A DNA stretch of 64,000 nt from Opitutia bacterium (GTDB lineage: Bacteria > Verrucomicrobiota > Verrucomicrobiia > Opitutales > Opitutaceae), in NCBI GenBank assembly GCA_947478395.1, contig CANJVR010000003.1, forward strand, positions 1-64,000. Reading direction: 5' to 3'. This document shows positions 48,466 to 59,260 of the stretch, piece by piece. Within the stretch, counting starts at the first letter, position 1, and the number at the start of each line of letters is the position of its first letter. A program made the translations under genes and the position numbers. The notes under the pieces were generated by a model. The model saw only the letters and a program-made list of their open reading frames with translations, ran no database searches and was not told the origin of the DNA.

Positions 48466-48935
48466 CGGGAATCGCTCCGTTTCAGCGCGGCCATCTCCAG
48501 CGCGGCGCGGGCAAACTCGACCCCGCGGTTGATCGGCCCGAGGCAGCGCGCCTCAGCCTGCGCGCGGGTGTTGGTCACGATCACGCCATTAATCACGGGC
48601 CGGCGCGCGGTGAGACTGACGTGCTGCAGCGCGTGGGATACGCTATGGCCTACCATCTCATGGTGATTCGTGTCACCGCCGATCAGCACGCCGAGCGCGA
48701 TGAGACAATCGTGTTTCCCCCGGTCCGCCAGAAGTTGGATCGCGTAAGGCACTTCATGGGAGCCCGGAACGCGCACGACTTCGACGTGGGCGTCGGGCAC
48801 TCCGTTTTGCCTCAGGGTCGCGCGCAGACTTGCCAATAAACCTTCGACGAGCTCCGCGTTGAAGCGGGCCGCGGCGATCCCAAACGCGAATTTGGAACCA
48901 TCAACGGGAGCGGGCGCGGGTGCGTCGAGACTCAT
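48462..48935 (-). CDS. ribH: Lumazine synthase
   Basis: ARFN, VPGSHEVP, LGVLIGGDTNH; ribH-nusB synteny. Confidence 0.93.
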   Translation of the reverse strand: MSLDAPAPAPVDGSKFAFGIAAARFNAELVEGLLASLRATLRQNGVPDAHVEVVRVPGSHEVPYAIQLLADRGKHDCLIALGVLIGGDTNHHEMVGHSVSHALQHVSLTARRPVINGVIVTNTRAQAEARCLGPINRGVEFARAALEMAALKRSDSR

Positions 48936-49158
48936 GGAAGGGTCACGAAACAGCCGGCCCCAGTGCGGCGCAACCTGAAATCTGCCGCAGAAATTTTTCG
49001 GCGGTTCCGCCTCCGATTTGTCGGAGCCGGCTTAGGGGTAATTCGGAACGCCGGCCAGCCGGCACGAACCGGAATCGCTCGGCCGCGGGCTCCTACGTCT
49101 TGATCGAGCCGAATCAATTTGCCTCCCATGCCGACCTCGCGCGCAAAGTAAGCGCGCG

Positions 49159-50154
49159 ATGCCCCACCAGCCTGCTCCCCAACGTTACGCGAACCCCGCC
49201 CTCTACCGTCGTTGCGGTCGCAGCGGTCTCCAGCTTCCGCTGCTCTCGCTGGGGCTCTGGCACAATTTCGGCGGCGTGGACGACTTCGCCACCAGCCGCG
49301 CCCTCATCCTGCGTTCGTTCGATCTCGGCATCACTCACTTCGATCTCGCCAATAATTATGGCCCGCCGCCGGGCTCCGCCGAAACGACCTTCGGGAAAAT
49401 TCTGCGCGAGGACCTCGCGGCGCATCGCGACGAACTCATCATCTCCACCAAAGCCGGCTATTTGATGTGGGACGGACCGTACGGTGAATGGGGCTCGCGG
49501 AAAAACCTGCTCGCCTCCCTCGATCAGTCGCTCGCGCGTATGGGTCTGCCATATGTGGATATTTTTTATTCGCACCGGCCCGATCCGGCCACACCGCTCG
49601 AGGAAACAATGGGCGCGCTCGCGCACGCCGTGCGTTCGGGCAAGGCACTCTACGCCGGGGTTTCGAATTACAACGCCGAGCAAACCGCCCGCGCGGCGCA
49701 AATCCTCCGCGACCTCGGCACGCCGTGCCTGATTCACCAGCCGAAATACCACCTTTTCGAACGCACGCCGGAGCGCGGTCTGCTCGACGTACTCACCCGC
49801 GAGGGCATCGGCGGTATCGCGTTTTGTCCGCTCGCGCAGGGCTTGCTCACCAACCGTTATCTCGCGGGCATCCCCGCCGACTCCCGCGCCGCGCACGATC
49901 CGCGTTTTCTAAAACCCGAGCACATCACCGAGGAGAAACTCGGAAAAATCCGCAAACTCGACGCGCTCGCCAAGGTTCGCGGCCAGTCCCTCGCCCAGAT
50001 GTCGCTCGCCTGGGTGTTGCGCCAACCCGCGATCACCTCGGCGCTCATCGGTGCGAGCAAGGTCAGCCAGATCGAAGAAAACGTCGCGGCGTTGAATAAT
50101 TTGACGTTCAACCCAGCGGAGCTGACGGCCATTGAAAGCATTCTGGCGGGCTGA
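49159..50154 (+). CDS. yghZ: Aldo/keto reductase, L-glyceraldehyde-3-phosphate reductase-like
   Basis: SLGLWHNFG, THFDLANNYGPPPGSAE, STKAGY.MW.GPYGEWGSRK. Confidence 0.9.
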   Translation: MPHQPAPQRYANPALYRRCGRSGLQLPLLSLGLWHNFGGVDDFATSRALILRSFDLGITHFDLANNYGPPPGSAETTFGKILREDLAAHRDELIISTKAGYLMWDGPYGEWGSRKNLLASLDQSLARMGLPYVDIFYSHRPDPATPLEETMGALAHAVRSGKALYAGVSNYNAEQTARAAQILRDLGTPCLIHQPKYHLFERTPERGLLDVLTREGIGGIAFCPLAQGLLTNRYLAGIPADSRAAHDPRFLKPEHITEEKLGKIRKLDALAKVRGQSLAQMSLAWVLRQPAITSALIGASKVSQIEENVAALNNLTFNPAELTAIESILAG

Positions 50155-50201
50155 AATCGTCGCTCCGATTTTCACGCCCCGCGGCCAACGAAACCCAAAA
50201 C

Positions 50202-50960
50202 GTGAATCTCATCCTTTTCGAAGCCGCCGAAATCGCCGTGCCGCTGGCACGGACCGACGCACGGGCGATTCACATCCTTGAGGTTCTGCGGCGCCACGCG
50301 GGCGAGACCTTTGATGCCGGCCTCGTTGATGGTCCACTGGGCAAAGCCACGCTCGCCACCATCGCGCCGGATTCGCTGACGTTCACTTTCGCCTGGGGTC
50401 CGCCGCCGCCGCCGGCCGATCCCATCACGCTCATCATCGGATTGCCCCGTCCCCAAACCGCGCGCGACATCTTGCGCGACGCCACGACGCTCGGCGTCGC
50501 CGCGCTGGAGTTTGTCGCGACCGAGCGCAGCGACGCCAACTACGCCGCGAGCACGCTTTGGACCTCCGGCGAATGGCGCCGCCATTGTGTCGCGGGCGCG
50601 GCGCAAGCGTTTGCAACGCGCATTCCCAGCGTTGTCCCCGGGCGGTCGCTCGTCGCCGCGCTTAACTCCCTTCCGAGCGGCGGCACCCGACTGGCGCTCG
50701 ACAATTACGAAGCCAACGCCGCTCTGAGCGAGTGTAACGCATTACGCGCCACGCCCGTCGTGCTGGCGCTGGGGCCGGAGCGCGGTTGGGGCGCGACGGA
50801 TCGTGCGACGTTGCGGGCGCATGGCTTCACGCTCGTGAATCTGGGATCACGCGTCTTGCGCTGCGAGACCGCCGTGATCGCTGGCCTCACGTTAATCCGC
50901 GCTCAGCTGGGTTTGCTCCAAGGCGGATCGGTCAATCTGAAAAACGACACCGTCGGCTGA
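50202..50960 (+). CDS. rsmE: 16S rRNA m3U1498 methyltransferase
   Basis: GLPRP, LGV, GPERGW, LGSRVLRCETA SPOUT motifs. Confidence 0.88.
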   Translation: MNLILFEAAEIAVPLARTDARAIHILEVLRRHAGETFDAGLVDGPLGKATLATIAPDSLTFTFAWGPPPPPADPITLIIGLPRPQTARDILRDATTLGVAALEFVATERSDANYAASTLWTSGEWRRHCVAGAAQAFATRIPSVVPGRSLVAALNSLPSGGTRLALDNYEANAALSECNALRATPVVLALGPERGWGATDRATLRAHGFTLVNLGSRVLRCETAVIAGLTLIRAQLGLLQGGSVNLKNDTVG

Positions 50961-51496
50961 CGCGCTCCTTTGCCGAGGCGCTTAAGCAAGGTCCAGCCGG
51001 CCGGCGCGAGTTCGATTTCTCCAGGCGCCTCGAAGACCACGAGCGCGTCGGGTTTTGCGGCCAGCCCCACGGCCAGCCGAGCGAAAAGCGCCGGAGCGAC
51101 CTCCGTGATAATTTCGTAAGGGGGATCGATGAAAACCAAATCGGGCACCTCGGCCGCGGGGCCCGCCAACGGGCCATGGCGCGCGTCGGTCTGGAGTACC
51201 GTCAGGCCGGCCGTTTCCCGGCCGAGGCTTTTGCAGACCGCCGCCAGGTTTTGGCGGACACACGCGGCGGCCTTGGCGTTTTGCTCCACAAATAGCCCGC
51301 CGGCTGCTCCGCGGCTCAGCGCCTCCAAACCATAGGCTCCGCTGCCAGCGAACAGATCGAGAAACCATGCGCCCACCACGCGCGCGCCGAGACTCGAAAA
51401 CACGGCCTGCCGCATCCCGTCCGTCGCCGGACGCACCTTGTCGCCTTTCGGCGCGACCAGCGGAATTCCGCGAGCGATGCCGCCGCTTATGCGCAT
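50903..51496 (-). CDS. rsmD: 16S rRNA m2G966 methyltransferase
   Basis: MRISGG.ARG, RPATD, LDLFAGSG..GLEALSRGA, DPPY. Confidence 0.92.
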   Translation of the reverse strand: MRISGGIARGIPLVAPKGDKVRPATDGMRQAVFSSLGARVVGAWFLDLFAGSGAYGLEALSRGAAGGLFVEQNAKAAACVRQNLAAVCKSLGRETAGLTVLQTDARHGPLAGPAAEVPDLVFIDPPYEIITEVAPALFARLAVGLAAKPDALVVFEAPGEIELAPAGWTLLKRLGKGARQPTVSFFRLTDPPWSKPS

Positions 51497-51544
51497 GATT
51501 CGGAGTCGTTAGATAGCGGGCGTCTAAAAAGCAGCGTCCCGCCA

Positions 51545-51640
51545 GCAGGGCGGGTGGTCCGTATCCTTAACCCGCCGCCGCGTCTCGGCTCACCAAAAAA
51601 CGGCTGCTGACCCGGCGGGTAAAAGCTAACCCGCCCTGCC
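51545..51640. repeat. Degenerate family A REP doublet
   Basis: Arms CAGGGCGGGT...TAACCCGCC; shares spacer CTCGGCTCACCAA with the 46844 copy. Confidence 0.65.
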
Positions 51641-51896
51641 TGATTTAAACTCCCTGTGGGAAATTTCACGGCCCCCACCTAACCGGGCGGCCTAAGCGGT
51701 GTCATTCGCTTAATCCACGATCCCCAAAATTTCGGCGAGTAACTTTCCCGGCGCGCTCGGGTCAGGTTATGTAGCCGTGGGCACCGCAGCAGCCTAGCAG
51801 CAGTCCAATGGAACCCGAAGGCGGAATCCGGGATCGTTGGGGCAAAGTTTGCGCACTCATACACATAACATTTGCAGGTTTATGGTTTAGGCCCAC

Positions 51897-51914
51897 TAGT
51901 TAGGCACCTAACTA
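51897..51914. promoter_or_regulatory. Palindromic operator upstream of the Mla/MCE operon
   Basis: Perfect 8-bp IR TAGTTAGG-CA-CCTAACTA in AT-rich DNA, about 70 bp before the ATG at 51986. Confidence 0.55.
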
Positions 51915-51985
51915 CATCGCGCATCCTACGAATCCAACTTCTTTAGAGGCCACAAAAACGACCTTTATACCTCGCTACCAACACT

Positions 51986-53479
51986 ATGCTAAATCTTCGC
52001 CTCCTCGCCTGCCTTGGCTTTGCCGCCGGGTGGGTCGCGCTTGGCCGCGCGGAGGAGCGGAACGTCTGGCCGGTGCGAGTCGAGCAGACCAACGCCACGG
52101 GAGGAGTCACGGCCACGGCCTGGGCGGGGCCGTTCGCCGTTCAAAAATCCCAGCCCGAGGGCGGAAAGGTGGCAGGTTTCAGGCCTTTTTATCTCCAGCG
52201 CACCAACGCCGCCGGCCGACGGATCGAAGTCAGCACGCTTTATCCGCTATTCACCTACCGCGCCGATGACGACAGCTACACGTGGTCGGTTTTCAACCTG
52301 ATCAACCGCTCGGGTCCCAATCCCGGCTCGTCACCCCCGCTAGCCACCGTACATCACAAGCGGTTCGACATCTGGCCGTTCTATTTTTCGCGCGACACGG
52401 GAGATCCCGCGACTTCTTACCGCGGACTGCTCCCCATCGGAGGCTCGATCAAAAGCTTTTTTGGTTACGAGCGGATCTCGTGGGTCCTGTTTCCACTTTA
52501 CACGGAGGTAACTACGCGCGGCGCGACCACGACCCTGACGCCGTGGCCGATCGTTCGCGTGACGCGGGGCGCTGAGACGGGCTTCGCGATTTGGCCCCTC
52601 TTCGGCTGGCGAGAACGACCGAATCAATTTCAGCAGCGCTATCTAGTCTGGCCGCTAATGTGGAAAAATTCCGTTCAGCCCAAGGCCGACGATCCAGCCG
52701 GCACCCCACCGACCGAACAAATCGGATTCATCCCGTTCTACACGCGGGAAACGCGGCCAGGTTATTTCGATCAAAATTTCGTCTGGCCCTTTTTCGGCAC
52801 CACGAACCGCACGCAACCTTACGTCTATCGCGAAACACGTTACCTGTGGCCCTTTTTCGTGCAGGCCAAAGGCGATCAGCGCATGATCAACCGCTGGGGT
52901 CCGTTCTACACGCACTCTGTAATCAAGGGGTACGACAAAACCTGGATCGTCTGGCCGCTGTGGCGCCAAGCGCATTGGGCAGAAGATGGCGTCGACCAAT
53001 GCCAAGTCTCCGCGCTGTTTCGCGTCTACTGGTCCCTTGAGCAGCGCAGTCTCGCAAATCCGTCCGCTGCCCCAGCGACCAAAACCCATCTGTGGCCGTT
53101 GTTCAGCGGCTGGGACAATGGCGCTGGCCGCCGCCAATATCAGGTGCTGAGTCCCTTCGAGGCCTTTTTCCCGCACAACGACATCGTCCGTCAAAACTGG
53201 ACACCACTCGTCGCCCTCTACCGCTACGACCAGACCGCCCCGGGCGAAAATCGCAGTTCGCTGCTTTGGGACGCCGTCACGTGGGAACGTCACACCAACG
53301 AGGCCCGCACGGCGTTTCACCTCGGACCGTTATTCAGCGTCGAGACTCACGCCGACGAAAAACTGATCGCCGTCGGTAACGGTCTGCTCAGCTGGCATCG
53401 CACCAGCGGCGCATGGCATTTCCTCTGGTTAAATTTTCCCGCCCAACGCGCTAAAGCCGCCACCACCGCGGCCCGCTGA
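51986..53479 (+). CDS. Exported aromatic-rich Trp-Pro repeat protein of unknown function
   Basis: Signal peptide; about 19 repeats of a hydrophobic-W/F/G-P-F/L motif; 1 nt gap to mlaE. Confidence 0.75.
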   Translation: MLNLRLLACLGFAAGWVALGRAEERNVWPVRVEQTNATGGVTATAWAGPFAVQKSQPEGGKVAGFRPFYLQRTNAAGRRIEVSTLYPLFTYRADDDSYTWSVFNLINRSGPNPGSSPPLATVHHKRFDIWPFYFSRDTGDPATSYRGLLPIGGSIKSFFGYERISWVLFPLYTEVTTRGATTTLTPWPIVRVTRGAETGFAIWPLFGWRERPNQFQQRYLVWPLMWKNSVQPKADDPAGTPPTEQIGFIPFYTRETRPGYFDQNFVWPFFGTTNRTQPYVYRETRYLWPFFVQAKGDQRMINRWGPFYTHSVIKGYDKTWIVWPLWRQAHWAEDGVDQCQVSALFRVYWSLEQRSLANPSAAPATKTHLWPLFSGWDNGAGRRQYQVLSPFEAFFPHNDIVRQNWTPLVALYRYDQTAPGENRSSLLWDAVTWERHTNEARTAFHLGPLFSVETHADEKLIAVGNGLLSWHRTSGAWHFLWLNFPAQRAKAATTAAR

Positions 53480-53480
53480 A

Positions 53481-54233
53481 ATGAAACAACTCAATCATAT
53501 CCTCGAGGGCTTCGGCAGCGCCGTGCAGCTTTTGATCCAGTCGGGCAAATACGCCGGCACGCTCGTGCGCCAGAAAGCCCGCTTCATCGAGCAGTGCTAC
53601 CTCATCGGGTACACCACGCTGCCGATCGTAGCCATTCTCAGCTTTTTCATGGGCAGCGTACTCGCGCTCCAAGCCGGATATTCGATGCAGAATTTCGGCA
53701 CGATGCAGTTCATCGGCTCGCTCGTCGGACTCTCCTTCGCCCGCGAACTTGGCCCGGTGATCGTCGCCATCCTCGTCGCGGGACGCGTCGGTTCCGCGAT
53801 CACCGCGGAATTGGCCTCGATGAAAGTTTATCAGGAGGTTGATGCGCTCGTGACGATGAACATCCCTCCGGCCCGCCTGCTGGTGATGCCGCGGCTCGCC
53901 GCGATCCTCGTGATGATGCCCGTGCTCGCCATCATTGCCGATCTGGTCGGCTGGTTCGGCGGGGCTCTCGTTTCCAAATACACCAGCTTCATCGCCATCG
54001 AACCCGAAACTTATTTCGCGACGCTCCGCCGGTACATGAAGTTCAAGGACGTCGCCAACGGCCTCGCGAAGGCCGAGGTCTTCGGTTTCGTGGTCGTCCT
54101 CATTTGCTGCAGCATCGGCCTCAACACGCGCGGCGGTCCCCGCGAAATCGGCGCCTCGGTCACTCGCGCCGTCGTCGTGTCACTGATCTCGATCCTGCTG
54201 TTGGATTATTTCGTCACGAAAGCCCTGCTCTGA
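53481..54233 (+). CDS. mlaE: MlaE-family ABC permease
   Basis: RELGPV..AILVAGRVGSAITAELASMKV..EVDAL; LVMPR. Confidence 0.93.
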   Translation: MKQLNHILEGFGSAVQLLIQSGKYAGTLVRQKARFIEQCYLIGYTTLPIVAILSFFMGSVLALQAGYSMQNFGTMQFIGSLVGLSFARELGPVIVAILVAGRVGSAITAELASMKVYQEVDALVTMNIPPARLLVMPRLAAILVMMPVLAIIADLVGWFGGALVSKYTSFIAIEPETYFATLRRYMKFKDVANGLAKAEVFGFVVVLICCSIGLNTRGGPREIGASVTRAVVVSLISILLLDYFVTKALL

Positions 54234-54242
54234 TTTCCCGCC

Positions 54243-55061
54243 ATGCCTTCGTCCAACACCACCTGCCCCATCCATCGCAACCCGATCACGTCGGAGGAAA
54301 CTCCGGCCGTCGGCATTACCATCGATGGGCTGACGAAAAATTTCGGTGATTTGCACGTCCTCAAAAACGTTTCCTTCAACGTGGAGCCGGGCGAAATCTT
54401 CGTGCTCATGGGCCCAAGCGGCTCGGGCAAGAGCGTCCTCTTGAAACACATCGTCGGGCTCGAAGCTCCGACCTCCGGCCGCGTGTTGATCGATGGCCGG
54501 AATGTCGCCGCGGAAGACACGCTGGAGCACGTGCGCATCGCCTTGGTTTTTCAGGCGGGCGCGCTGTTCAACTCGCTCAGCGTGTACGAAAATCTCGCGC
54601 TCTACCCCCGCGAACATCGCCTCGGCAACGAGTCCGAGATCCGCGAAAAAGTCACCCGCGCCCTGCAAATTCTTTCGCTCGAAAATACCGCGCAAAAATT
54701 CCCGTCCGAACTTTCCGGCGGCATGAAGAAACGCGTCGCCATCGCCCGCGCCCTCGTGATGGAGCCGCAGCTGATGCTCTACGACGAACCGACCAGCGAG
54801 CTCGATCCGGTCATGAGCGCCACCATCAGCGAAATCATCGCCACCTTGAAGGATCAGTACCATGTGACCACGATCGTCGTCTCCCATGATCGCGAACTGG
54901 CCCTCGGGATCGCCGATCGGGTGGGAATTCTCATCGGCGGCGAACTCGTGAGTCTCGGGCCCCCATCCGAGCTGCAGGCGCCGAAGGATCCACGCATCGC
55001 CGACTTTTTTTCGCCCAAAATCGATTTGAAGAATCCCCGCTTCAAACAACGGCAGGGCTGA
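54243..55061 (+). CDS. mlaF: MlaF-family ABC ATPase
   Basis: GPSGSGKS, FQAGALF, LSGGMKKR, YDEPT, VSHD. Confidence 0.93.
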   Translation: MPSSNTTCPIHRNPITSEETPAVGITIDGLTKNFGDLHVLKNVSFNVEPGEIFVLMGPSGSGKSVLLKHIVGLEAPTSGRVLIDGRNVAAEDTLEHVRIALVFQAGALFNSLSVYENLALYPREHRLGNESEIREKVTRALQILSLENTAQKFPSELSGGMKKRVAIARALVMEPQLMLYDEPTSELDPVMSATISEIIATLKDQYHVTTIVVSHDRELALGIADRVGILIGGELVSLGPPSELQAPKDPRIADFFSPKIDLKNPRFKQRQG

Positions 55062-55101
55062 AGCCCGTCTCCCACTTAAAATATTTCAATTCACCATCAC
55101 C

Positions 55102-56094
55102 ATGAACACCGCCCAGCAAACCGCCCGCGTCGGGCTTTTTTTCCTCCTCGGCCTCGCCCTCACGTGGGTGACGTTCGAGACGCTCAGCGACGGCAAGATT
55201 TTCAAAGACCGCGGCTACGCTCTCATCGCCGGCTTCGATAACCTCAAAGAACTCAAAGCCGCCGATGAAGTTCGCATGGCCGGCGTCAAAATTGGCACCA
55301 TCGAGCTCACTCGCCTCGCCGGCCGCCGCGCCGAAGCCGTATTGCGGATTGAACCCGGCGTCCGGGTCGCGAAAGACGCCACCGCCACGATCGTCATGGC
55401 GGGGCTCATCGGAACCAACTACATCGGCATCGATCTCGGCACGCCCGGCGCACCCGCCCTCACCGATGGGGCGGAATTACGCACCAAGGTCACACCTGAT
55501 ATCAACTCCATCATGACCGAGATCGGCAATCTCGGACAAAAACTCGACGGCGCACTCGGCTCGATCAGCAACGCGATCGGCGGCAAGGACGGACAGCCGG
55601 GCCTTTTCCAAAAAATCGAAAAACTCGTGAGCGATAATTCAGACAGCGCGAAAATCACGATGAGCAATCTTCAGGACATCACGACCAAGGTGAAAGATGG
55701 CCAGGGCACGCTCGGTCAACTTATCAACAGCCCGCAACTCCACGATGAATTGATTGCAACGATCGCCGAAATTAAAGCGGCGGCGTCCGATACCAAGACG
55801 TTCGTCAACGACACCCAAGGCATCCTCGCGCAAGTGAAGTCGGGCAAGGGCACGCTGGGTACGCTGCTGTACGACGAAGAGTCGGCCGCTAGCATCAAGG
55901 CGACGGTAAAAAATTTCCACGATGTCTCGGACAAGATCGCGAAAGGCGAAGGCACGCTCGGGAAATTGCTCAACGACGACAGCCTGTACATCGGCGTGCA
56001 AAACACGCTGAAGAAAGCCGATCGCGCCATCGACGGCCTCGGCGACAGCGGCCCGATCACGGCCGTCGGCGTGGTCGCAAACTCGCTGTTCTAA
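55102..56094 (+). CDS. mlaD: MlaD/MCE protein with long helical extension
   Basis: N-terminal TM; VRMAGVKIG.I, GLIGTNYI; three G.GTLG.L repeats. Confidence 0.9.
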   Translation: MNTAQQTARVGLFFLLGLALTWVTFETLSDGKIFKDRGYALIAGFDNLKELKAADEVRMAGVKIGTIELTRLAGRRAEAVLRIEPGVRVAKDATATIVMAGLIGTNYIGIDLGTPGAPALTDGAELRTKVTPDINSIMTEIGNLGQKLDGALGSISNAIGGKDGQPGLFQKIEKLVSDNSDSAKITMSNLQDITTKVKDGQGTLGQLINSPQLHDELIATIAEIKAAASDTKTFVNDTQGILAQVKSGKGTLGTLLYDEESAASIKATVKNFHDVSDKIAKGEGTLGKLLNDDSLYIGVQNTLKKADRAIDGLGDSGPITAVGVVANSLF

Positions 56095-56207
56095 GCGCCA
56101 ATCCAAATACCGCTCCGCCCGTGGGTCATCGCGCTTGCGCGTGCGATTTGACCCGGAGCGCGTGTAATCGTGCTGACAACCGCGCGCTTTGCCGCTTTTT
56201 CCCTGCC

Positions 56208-56756
56208 ATGAACTTCCGCGCCCTCGGAGTTGGAGCCGTCATGCTGGTGCTGGTCGGCTGCGGACATCCGGCGGAGCAAAAAATCCTGTCCGAAATAAAA
56301 GGCAGTCCGGATATCGTCGCCCAGGCATCGCAACCAGGCTCGAAATCTCGCGCGTTCGATCTCCGCGCCTTCCAAGTCAGCCCGATTTGGGGCGGGGCGA
56401 ACGCACCTATCGTCGGCTCCGCAACGGGGTCGAATTATCGCGTCAAAATCACCCTTTGGGACAGCGATCCCCGGCAAGGCGACACGGCATTGGCTGAAAT
56501 TTTTTTCCGGGATCAAGAGCAGGCTGCGAAGTCTCCGCCGATTTCAAATCCCGATCCTAACGATCCCAAGGATCCGAATAATCGCAACGCGCAGGGCCAA
56601 GGCCCAGGTCGCACGTATCGCATCGATTTTCCGATCGCGACGCTGGAAGCGGTCATCCAAACGCTGCGCTTCGCCAACGGCGACGTTCACCTCTACTACC
56701 ACGAAGGCCAGTGGGCCATCGGTACGGCGGCCGCCGAATTCATCGGCTCGAATTAG
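56208..56756 (+). CDS. Hypothetical lipoprotein
   Basis: Lipobox LVGC after Met 56208. Confidence 0.65.
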   Translation: MNFRALGVGAVMLVLVGCGHPAEQKILSEIKGSPDIVAQASQPGSKSRAFDLRAFQVSPIWGGANAPIVGSATGSNYRVKITLWDSDPRQGDTALAEIFFRDQEQAAKSPPISNPDPNDPKDPNNRNAQGQGPGRTYRIDFPIATLEAVIQTLRFANGDVHLYYHEGQWAIGTAAAEFIGSN

Positions 56757-56767
56757 GACAAATCCCA

Positions 56768-56792
56768 GGGCGCGTCAGGGAATGACGCGCCC
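56768..56792. repeat. Single family A-like hairpin between convergent genes
   Basis: GGGCGCGTCA-GGGAA-TGACGCGCCC. Confidence 0.55.
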
Positions 56793-56800
56793 CCAGAGCG

Positions 56801-58027
<1,227 letters not shown>

Positions 58028-58048
58028 GGAGAGAAGGTACGGAAGGGA

Positions 58049-58151
58049 AACCGCGAATGGACGCGAATCAACGCGAATGATCGGAGCGTGCGACGCATTC
58101 CCGCCCGGGGTTGCGGGCTTCGTTCACGTCTCGTCGCGTCCATGCTCGGTC
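58049..58151. repeat. Inverted tandem 10-mer element
   Basis: CGCGAAT three times at 10-nt period (58052, 58062, 58072) with a degenerate complementary arm at 58122-58151. Confidence 0.55.
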
Positions 58152-58158
58152 CAAAAAA

Positions 58159-59112
58159 TTATTGCCGCCGCGCCGATTGCGCCAGCACGGCCATGATCGC
58201 CTTCTGCATGTGCAGCCGGTTCTCCGCCTGGTCGAAAATAATGGAGCGCGGATTATCGAGTACGGCCTGCTCGACTTCCTCGCCCGGATGGGCCGGCAGA
58301 CAATGCATGAACAGCGCGTCCGGCTTGGCGGCCGCAAATAATTTCGCGGTGACGGCGAAGGGCGACATCTGCCGGATGCGTTCCGCCTTTTCTTCTTCTT
58401 TGCCCATGCTGACCCAAACATCGGTATAAACCACGTCCGCATCACGCACGGCCTCGTACGGATCGGTCGTGAATTGGTAAGAGTTCGCCGGGAAACCTTC
58501 TTTTTTTAGCTGAGCCTGGATTTCCGCCCCCGGCGCGAATGCGGGCGGACCGGAGAGCGCGATTTTCATCCCGAATAGATTCGCCCCTAGAATCCACGAG
58601 TTCGGCATATTGCAGGCCGTGTCACCGAGGAAAGCGATTTTCCGTCCGCGCAACGAGGCCACCAAATCGCCGCCAGGAGGCGCCCAACGCTCGGCCATGG
58701 TGAAGGCATCCGTGTAAATCTGGCAGGGATGCAGAAAATCCGTGAGTGCGTTAATCACGGGCAAAGAGCCCGCCGCGGCCAACCGCTCTACTTCGCTGTG
58801 ATCGAAGGTTCGCACGATCAACCCATGGACGAAACGCGACAATACCTTCGCGGTGTCCTCCAGCGATTCCCCGCGGCCCAATTGAATGTCGTTTTTGTTG
58901 AGAAAAAGAGGGTTGCCGCCGAGCTCGTGAATCCCGACCTCAAATGAAACCCGGGTGCGCGTGCTCGATTTGGAAAAAATCATCGCCCACGTCTGCCCCG
59001 CGAGGACGGATGATGCCTGCTGGCCGCGCTGCGCCTTGAATTTGCGGGCGAGCGCGAAAACTTCACCGAGTTCATGCGGCTTGAAGTCCGTCTCCTTAAG
59101 GAAGTGTTTCAT
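58159..59112 (-). CDS. argF: Ornithine carbamoyltransferase
   Basis: SSTRTR, HPCQ, WVSMG, HCLP, QAENR. Start at MKHFL 59112. Confidence 0.95.
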   Translation of the reverse strand: MKHFLKETDFKPHELGEVFALARKFKAQRGQQASSVLAGQTWAMIFSKSSTRTRVSFEVGIHELGGNPLFLNKNDIQLGRGESLEDTAKVLSRFVHGLIVRTFDHSEVERLAAAGSLPVINALTDFLHPCQIYTDAFTMAERWAPPGGDLVASLRGRKIAFLGDTACNMPNSWILGANLFGMKIALSGPPAFAPGAEIQAQLKKEGFPANSYQFTTDPYEAVRDADVVYTDVWVSMGKEEEKAERIRQMSPFAVTAKLFAAAKPDALFMHCLPAHPGEEVEQAVLDNPRSIIFDQAENRLHMQKAIMAVLAQSARRQ

Positions 59113-59260
59113 GGCGGAAAAACGATCCACTAAACCCGGCTAGTCCAACTGCACGAGTGAAAAGTGGCGTCACCCGCCCGAGCGCATCGCTCACTCCCGA
59201 ATCGAATTCGCGTGCAACGTAACGATCTCGCGCCCGCGAATCCGCGGCACCGCCTTCGAA

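Noticed and set aside
48936..49158. FMN riboswitch upstream of ribH
   Set aside because: No FMN consensus on the minus strand; the region holds a degenerate REP instead.
51755..51800. TCAGG...AGCAG resembling the SRP RNA motif
   Set aside because: The spacer is 21 nt without the GNRA tetraloop hairpin.
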